64,000 bases of DNA from an uncultured Clostridia bacterium. Its GTDB lineage: Bacteria > Bacillota > Clostridia > Christensenellales > CAG-314. The notes beneath the pieces were generated by a model, which saw only the letters and a list, made by a program, of their open reading frames with translations, did not search any database and was not told where the DNA came from. Positions within the stretch are counted from its first letter, which is position 1; each line of letters starts with the position of its first letter. The stretch lies in the NCBI GenBank assembly GCA_944364615.1, contig CALVWF010000001.1, positions 193,840 through 257,839 of the forward strand. Reading direction: 5' to 3'. The position numbers were made by a program, and so were the translations under genes. Below, in pieces: positions 58,245 through 64,000 of the stretch.

Positions 58245-61200
58245 TCACATGTTACGCAACATTCGGTAAAATTCTCTTGCCATAGTTTGCATCAATTCCT
58301 GATAATACTCCGTGTCGCTGAATAACTTTTGATAAAAGTCGCCGTTTTCCAAACAGCATTGCGTTGCAATATCTTTAAACTTAGTAGGGAATATAGACTT
58401 TTCAAACATTTCCGGAGTGTTATTTTTGGCAATCTGTTCAAGTCTTTTCAATTCTTTGTCTGCCAAAAACATTTTAAAAATGCTGTCAATCATCGCCCGT
58501 TCGGAATCCTTTAAATTGTCGCTGAAACGTTCGTTCAATTTGTCGATTATATTCTGTAAAGTGTCGGTGCCTGACAATTTACCTTTGGTCCTTCCTGATG
58601 GGAGAATCAGATCCGTATCTTTTTTGTCCAAAATTATTGCTCCGGTAAAAACATCTTTAAATAAAGCGTATTCCAGCTTGATTTTGTCGTCAATTTCTAT
58701 CGGAGTCCTGCTCTCAGGCGACAATTGTTTCAATAAACCTGCACAAAAAACATATTCTCTGAAAAGTTCTTCGTCATGAATTCTAATAAGTTGCGTCACA
58801 TAGGCGTAGCACTTGACAAAGTTACGCACCGCCAGACGAGCATTGAATTTTTCTTCACTGTTCAATTCGTTGTAACGATCCAAAACAGGCTTTATAATTC
58901 TGCTGAAAATTCCAAGGTCTTTTGATGTTTGTTTTGCCTTTCGGTGATTTTCCATAAAATTGTAGTATTTGTCTACGTCTTCGCTGTTGTACAACAAGAA
59001 AGGCTTTATGGCAATACGCAAATCATATACACGGTTAAAATCGCTTCTTCCGTCAAGAAAAACAGATTCGTAATAAGGCTGAAAACTTTCCTTTATTTTT
59101 TCATCGGTATTTACAAAATCGAGTACTAATGTAGAGTTTTTACCCCGACATGTTCTGTTCAGGCGTGAAAGCGTTTGTACTGCATTTACCCCTTTCAGTT
59201 TCTTGTCTATGTACATCGAGTGCAGCAACGCCTCGTCAAATCCCGTCTGATATTTATTGGCTACAACCAGAATGTTGTATTTGTCACTTTTAAACGTCTT
59301 TCTGAATTTTTTGTCGGAGGTGATTGCATTGCCGTTTTCGTCGCAATTCAGCAATGCCTCGGTGTACTCCACCCCGTCTAACGTGACGCTACCTGAAAAG
59401 GCTACCATTACATCGCATCCGATACCTTCTGCGGGATGCTGTTCAATATACTTTTTAATTGCAAAAAAATACCTGATAGCATTGGCGCGGCTGTCGGCAA
59501 CCACCATTGCCTTGCCCTTACCCTCTATCTGAAACCTTCCGTTTGCAAGAAAATTGGACATAATAATGTCTGTTTTTTGCTCTATTGTTCTGCCGTGCTC
59601 TTTGTAATACCTTTCCAATGCCCGTACTGCAGAACTTTCAACAAGTTCGGGATTGTCCTGCGATATTCTGGCAAGACGGAAAAATTCTTTTATTGTCGTA
59701 TAATTTTGCAATACATCCAGAATAAAACCTTCCTCAATCGCCTGACGCATAGAATAAATATGAAAAGGACGCATTTTTCCCGATGCGGAATCAAAGGTTC
59801 CGAACAGTTCCACGGTCTTGCTCTTGGGCGTTGCGGTAAATGCAAAAAAAGATTGATTGGCATGCATACCTTGTGACAGAATAGCGCAAACGATGTCGGA
59901 AGACAGGTCCACTTCCGATTCGTCGATGCCTTCTTCTTCGGCATAGGTCTTGACAGCCTTGTCAATGTCAAGCAGAGACTTGCGCAAGGTTTTGGCACTT
60001 TCGCCCGATTGTCCCTGATGCGCTTCGTCGATTATTACGGCAAACTTTCTGCCCACAAGACTGTCAAAGTCCTTGTACGCAAACAAGAATTTTTGCACCG
60101 TGCAAATGACAATGCGCTTTTTGTCGTTAATGGCTTCTACCAATCCGCGCGATCTTTTTTTATCGTCGATGGCTTCAACAAGCCCGGGCGTGTGATCGAA
60201 ACTGTTTATAGTGTCCTGTAATTGGCTGTCCAACACAATTCTGTTGGTGACAACTACCACCGTGTCAAACACCGCTTCGTCAAAATCGTTGTGCAACGAC
60301 GCCAGTCTATAGGCTATCCAGGCAATAGAGTTGGACTTGCCGCTTCCCGCAGAGTGTTCAATAAGATAACTTTTCCCCACTCCGCATTGCCTTACGTCTG
60401 CTACAATCTTTTTTACTACGTCATACTGATGATAGCGAGGGAAAATCAACTTTTCTTTGATTGCCGTACGAACCGTGCCGTTTTTTACCACTTCTTGCTT
60501 TTCTTTGACAACGCAAATAAAACTGTGTAAAAGATCTAACAGGCTGTCGCGTTGCAATACCTCCTCCCACAAATAGGAGGTAATGTAGCCGTCGGTGCCT
60601 TTGGTCGGATTTCCCTTGCCACCTGAATTGCCCGCTCCGTTGGACCCTTGATTGAAGGGAATAAAATGAGTAAATTCACCTTCCAACTTGGTTGTCATAT
60701 AAACCTCGTACAGGTCTACGGCAAAATAGGCAAGAAAACGATTGTTAAATCGAAAACAAAACTCCTTGGGGTCACGGTCGTTTTTATATTGCATAACGGC
60801 GCAATCTACATTTTGTCCCTTGAACTGATTTTTGAGTTCTAAGGCAACAATGGGAATTCCGTTTAACGACAGCACCATGTCAATTGTGTTGTTGTTAAAT
60901 GGTGAATAAGCAAATTGGCGTGTGACGCCGAGAATATTTTGCGAATACAGTTGCCAATGTGTTTCGTTTAAATTAGACTCGGGCTTGAAATAACAAATTT
61001 TAATGTCAATACCCATGTCCTTAATTCCGTTTTTCAACACATAAACCAAGCCGTATTGAGCAATGCTGTCCTGTAAACGTCGATAGAGTTTGTCGGCGGC
61101 ATCGTCGCCGTAATATCTGACATATCTTTCCCATTGCTTGGGCTGAGTGCGCATTATAAAGTTGACAAGCACTTCCATGTAAATGGCTTTGTTCCTGTCA

Positions 61201-61331
61201 TAAACGTACTTGTGTATTCTGTGCCCGTCGGGATTTACATAAGAAAACTGCTCGTAACCGCCCTGTTCGCTTACGAGAAAACTTTCAATATCCTGTTCAA
61301 AACGCTTTTCAGATGTGTCCATAATTGTCAT
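58245..61331 (-). CDS. hsdR: Type I restriction enzyme R subunit (HsdR)
   Basis: N-terminal nuclease region, SF2 motor motifs IEHSAGSGKSNSIAW (motif I) and VIIDEAHQGQSG (DEAH). 1028 aa. Confidence 0.9.
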   Translation of the reverse strand: MTIMDTSEKRFEQDIESFLVSEQGGYEQFSYVNPDGHRIHKYVYDRNKAIYMEVLVNFIMRTQPKQWERYVRYYGDDAADKLYRRLQDSIAQYGLVYVLKNGIKDMGIDIKICYFKPESNLNETHWQLYSQNILGVTRQFAYSPFNNNTIDMVLSLNGIPIVALELKNQFKGQNVDCAVMQYKNDRDPKEFCFRFNNRFLAYFAVDLYEVYMTTKLEGEFTHFIPFNQGSNGAGNSGGKGNPTKGTDGYITSYLWEEVLQRDSLLDLLHSFICVVKEKQEVVKNGTVRTAIKEKLIFPRYHQYDVVKKIVADVRQCGVGKSYLIEHSAGSGKSNSIAWIAYRLASLHNDFDEAVFDTVVVVTNRIVLDSQLQDTINSFDHTPGLVEAIDDKKRSRGLVEAINDKKRIVICTVQKFLFAYKDFDSLVGRKFAVIIDEAHQGQSGESAKTLRKSLLDIDKAVKTYAEEEGIDESEVDLSSDIVCAILSQGMHANQSFFAFTATPKSKTVELFGTFDSASGKMRPFHIYSMRQAIEEGFILDVLQNYTTIKEFFRLARISQDNPELVESSAVRALERYYKEHGRTIEQKTDIIMSNFLANGRFQIEGKGKAMVVADSRANAIRYFFAIKKYIEQHPAEGIGCDVMVAFSGSVTLDGVEYTEALLNCDENGNAITSDKKFRKTFKSDKYNILVVANKYQTGFDEALLHSMYIDKKLKGVNAVQTLSRLNRTCRGKNSTLVLDFVNTDEKIKESFQPYYESVFLDGRSDFNRVYDLRIAIKPFLLYNSEDVDKYYNFMENHRKAKQTSKDLGIFSRIIKPVLDRYNELNSEEKFNARLAVRNFVKCYAYVTQLIRIHDEELFREYVFCAGLLKQLSPESRTPIEIDDKIKLEYALFKDVFTGAIILDKKDTDLILPSGRTKGKLSGTDTLQNIIDKLNERFSDNLKDSERAMIDSIFKMFLADKELKRLEQIAKNNTPEMFEKSIFPTKFKDIATQCCLENGDFYQKLFSDTEYYQELMQTMAREFYRMLRNM

Positions 61332-61333
61332 TA

Positions 61334-62584
61334 TTACTCCTCTAAAAATTTATCCATTCCCTTACTTCCATTTATGTAAACAAAAGATTTACCCTTATTA
61401 TCATTTTCAGTATTAAAAGACAAATCTAGGACATAAAAATTTCCCAATAAATCTTTTACTAAAACTCCTATTGTATTAATTGGCTGTTCCAAACAAAGAA
61501 CTGAATCTTGTAATGAGAATAAAACAATTTTGTTTTTTTCTACATATAAATTTGATTTTCTCCAATAGTGTTCAGTTCCGTTAAAAATCAACCCTACAAT
61601 AAAACAATCATTGAAATTTATGTTATATAATTTAAAACTTTCTAAAATATAAGGATACTTCCTACTTTCACTTGTCTTTTTTACGACAAAAGTTTTTTTG
61701 TCCACCTCTTCCAGTTTTATTTCGTAATCACTTTCATTTGAACCGTTAAAAAATATAAGTAACGGCTTAAATTTCTTTTTCTCGTCCTCTTGCCTATCAT
61801 TATTTGTTTTTCTTATTGTCCAAGCGACGCCTGCAAGGGTAAGTGATCCGCCAACCACGGCAGAATAGGCGGTGACAAAAATGTTTAGATTCTCATCACT
61901 TAATCCCCACCATTTGATATAGAACGGAAATCCGACAAGCAACCCCGCACCCAATAAAATGTCTAAAGCCAATCTCCATATTTTGACGTCTTCATGGTTG
62001 TTTTTATATGTAAAGAAAGAATTTCTTGCCAGTGTTGTAAGTGCAACAATCCAAAGCACTCCCACACTCAATTTTCTAATTAAAACTCCAGTTTCAGCAT
62101 TTCCAGTATCAACAACCAATACAGACAAAAGCAGACAACCAAGTGCAAAGGAAAAAATGAATACAGCCACTTTTTCTTTACCAAACCAGCCCTCAACTAG
62201 TTTCACAAAATCGAAAGTGCCCAAAAAACAGCCAAAAACTATCGCTAAGCCAACAGCAAAATAAACAATCCCTTCTAATTTATTCGTAAAATATCTTGTA
62301 ACAAATAGTATATATATGATTAAAATTGCAACAAGAAAAGCCCAACCTGAAATGGATTCCCTTGATTTCAATTTCTCTTTACCTTTACTGCGTATAAATT
62401 CTACAAAAAGAAAAACATATCCCGCAAGAAATAGCAAAGATCCTAAAGCCATAAAAAATTTTCCGATGTTGTTAGCCTTCTGAAAATCAAACATTATTGG
62501 TATTAACAGACAATAAAACCAAATTAATGTTAAAACCAAGCCAATGGCCTCAATTAGTACTGATTTATTTTTTAGCTTCGACAT
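61334..62584 (-). CDS. Unknown polytopic membrane protein (~8 TM N-terminal domain plus ~140-aa soluble C-terminal domain) embedded in the hsd operon
   Basis: Eight hydrophobic segments within residues ~8-257. C-terminal domain ...FKPLLIFFNGSNESDYEIKLEEVDKKTFVV...GNFYVLDLSFNTENDNKGKSFVYINGSKG. RBS AAGGAGAG. Its stop lies 2 nt before the hsdR ATG. No family motif recognised. Confidence 0.7.
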   Translation of the reverse strand: MSKLKNKSVLIEAIGLVLTLIWFYCLLIPIMFDFQKANNIGKFFMALGSLLFLAGYVFLFVEFIRSKGKEKLKSRESISGWAFLVAILIIYILFVTRYFTNKLEGIVYFAVGLAIVFGCFLGTFDFVKLVEGWFGKEKVAVFIFSFALGCLLLSVLVVDTGNAETGVLIRKLSVGVLWIVALTTLARNSFFTYKNNHEDVKIWRLALDILLGAGLLVGFPFYIKWWGLSDENLNIFVTAYSAVVGGSLTLAGVAWTIRKTNNDRQEDEKKKFKPLLIFFNGSNESDYEIKLEEVDKKTFVVKKTSESRKYPYILESFKLYNINFNDCFIVGLIFNGTEHYWRKSNLYVEKNKIVLFSLQDSVLCLEQPINTIGVLVKDLLGNFYVLDLSFNTENDNKGKSFVYINGSKGMDKFLEE

Positions 62585-62626
62585 TCACAACTCTCCTTCG
62601 ATGATGTCATTTGTAGAATACAACAA

Positions 62627-62923
62627 TTACTTCAATAGGGCAACTAGCAGTGCTACAAGAGATATGACTGTAGTAACTGCAAAAGTTAACCAAGAAAAAT
62701 TCTTTGCCCTTCGTGCTTCAGCGGTAGCTCGTCTTTCATTTTCAATTGACTGTTCCAGTTGTTTTTGCAACAATGAGTTTTGCTTTTGCAATTCCAGTAC
62801 CAAAGGCTGATTGATCATTTGCTCACGTTTTATATGTTTTTCCTCCTCCAATTTAGCCTTTCGTTCCTCTTCCTCCGCTTCTATCGCCAAACTGTAGGCA
62901 GAATGAGTCCCAAATTCTTGCAT
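62627..62923 (-). CDS. Unknown small tail-anchored protein (charged coiled-coil-like N-terminus plus C-terminal TM)
   Basis: EAEEEERKAKLEEEKHIKREQ...LELQKQNSLLQKQLEQSIENERRATAEARRAKN, then FSWLTFAVTTVISLVALLVALLK. The ATG lies 4 nt after the hsdS stop, with AAGGAGG inside the hsdS 3' end. Confidence 0.65.
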   Translation of the reverse strand: MQEFGTHSAYSLAIEAEEEERKAKLEEEKHIKREQMINQPLVLELQKQNSLLQKQLEQSIENERRATAEARRAKNFSWLTFAVTTVISLVALLVALLK

Positions 62924-62927
62924 GAAC

Positions 62928-64000
62928 TCAAACCTCCTTTTTTCCTGTGACGTACTCGTAAATCAGAGACTTTTTGTGCTGTTGCAGTTTGTCAATTTTT
63001 TGTTGTTTGATGGCAATCAGTTGGTCAATCTTACCGCATTTGTCATCCAAGTAATCAGCAATTTGCTGTTGGGTTTCTGTACTTGGCAAAGCAAAGGGGA
63101 AATTTTTAACAAACGACGGCGAAACTCTTTTTAAGCCACCTGTTCCGTTCATTGTAGACTTTGCATGTTCAGTAAAAATTCTGTTCTGCAATAAATATAA
63201 CAAAAACTTTCCTACTACTTCTTTAGGTCTAAATACGAACAACTCAGAACTGCCACATCCGATTTTATTAGTAAGACCTTGCGCAATAGCAATATTGCCG
63301 TTTTCAAAACATGGAGTTACCTTCGCCATTATTATATCATTTTCAATAAACCACGTGAGACCTGTTGGTACACTTTTTACGTCTATTTCTCTGTTTATTA
63401 TATATCCATTCTTTACACACTCCATTGGCAAATAACTGACAATATCAATTGAACTATCGCATTTGTTTTGAGTAGGATTAAGAGTGCATATATTTTTAAT
63501 TCTAGTCATCACCCAACCTTGAGGGATTTGTCCAATCCATTCAATTCCACTGTCTTTCATGGGGACGGTGGGATCCAATCCCTTGGTAACGGCTTCGGTG
63601 ATTACCGACTGCTTGTACTCCTTCAACTTGCCAATCTGCTCCTGCTGATTGGCAATAAGTTTGTCAATTTCCGCACACTTAATTTCTATTTTATTTACAA
63701 TAACCTGTTGTTCTTCTACATTAGGATATGGGATCAGTAATTGTCCCATATCAACTGCATTCAATGCACTTCTTACACCATTTCCACCAAGACTATTGAA
63801 AACACAATTGTAATACATTGACATTAAAAAATAATACACAAATTTGCTGTATTGATTTTCATTCTTAGGACAAAAGCGTATATATGCTGGCGACACAAGC
63901 CCGTCGAAAGGTGACAATCCTACACGACTAGTGCTAATGTTCTGCAAATCAATCATTTTGAAAATAAAATCGTCCTTGTGCAAAATTTGATAGCCGTCAA
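62928..64000 (-). CDS. hsdS: Type I restriction-modification specificity subunit (HsdS), 5'-partial at window edge
   Basis: Two target-recognition domains separated by conserved helices: LIANQQEQIGKLKEYKQSVITEAVTKGLDP and LIAIKQQKIDKLQQHKKSLIYEYVTGKK. The reading frame stays open to position 64000. Confidence 0.85.
   Translation of the reverse strand, partial: DGYQILHKDDFIFKMIDLQNISTSRVGLSPFDGLVSPAYIRFCPKNENQYSKFVYYFLMSMYYNCVFNSLGGNGVRSALNAVDMGQLLIPYPNVEEQQVIVNKIEIKCAEIDKLIANQQEQIGKLKEYKQSVITEAVTKGLDPTVPMKDSGIEWIGQIPQGWVMTRIKNICTLNPTQNKCDSSIDIVSYLPMECVKNGYIINREIDVKSVPTGLTWFIENDIIMAKVTPCFENGNIAIAQGLTNKIGCGSSELFVFRPKEVVGKFLLYLLQNRIFTEHAKSTMNGTGGLKRVSPSFVKNFPFALPSTETQQQIADYLDDKCGKIDQLIAIKQQKIDKLQQHKKSLIYEYVTGKKEV

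Overview
This 64-kb chromosomal window appears to come from a moderate/low-GC Gram-positive bacterium, probably a Clostridia-like Firmicute. That placement is inferred from lipobox lipoproteins, an S-box riboswitch ahead of metK, and recD2-comFC-secA-prfB synteny.

The housekeeping backbone holds secA, prfB (programmed +1 frameshift), recD2, comFC, metK, leuS, cysK, ybaK and thpR. It also holds tRNA-Arg(ACG), tRNA-Ser(UGA), several efflux and uptake transporters (RND, MATE, GPH, a heterodimeric ABC exporter pair), peptidases and three GNATs.

Accessory or unusual patches:
1. An AT-rich Type I R-M operon at the right edge (hsdS, partial ... hsdR). Two tightly coupled, unrecognisable membrane-protein genes sit between hsdS and hsdR. 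This is my top candidate for an undescribed defence-associated module.
2. Three consecutive genes made almost entirely of contiguous 23-aa MORN repeats, with a very recent 207-bp tandem duplication.
3. A ~5-kb AT-rich islet inserted at the 3' end of tRNA-Ser, bounded by a 21-bp direct repeat. It carries an XRE regulator, an unknown acidic protein, a FecBCD-type ABC importer and an atypical HAD protein, but no integrase.
4. An intact IS30-family element plus a 45-bp IRL-IRR derivative elsewhere. Both sit about 11 nt downstream of a terminator hairpin.
5. An RND permease with a ~350-aa insertion that includes a dockerin/EF-hand-like Ca loop.
6. A DUF2089 / SHOCT-like / GIN-domain / ABC-exporter gene string.
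7. A tyrosine recombinase that seems to have lost its arm-binding domain.

No CRISPR array and no rRNA were seen. All family assignments rest on motifs read by eye. No database search was run.
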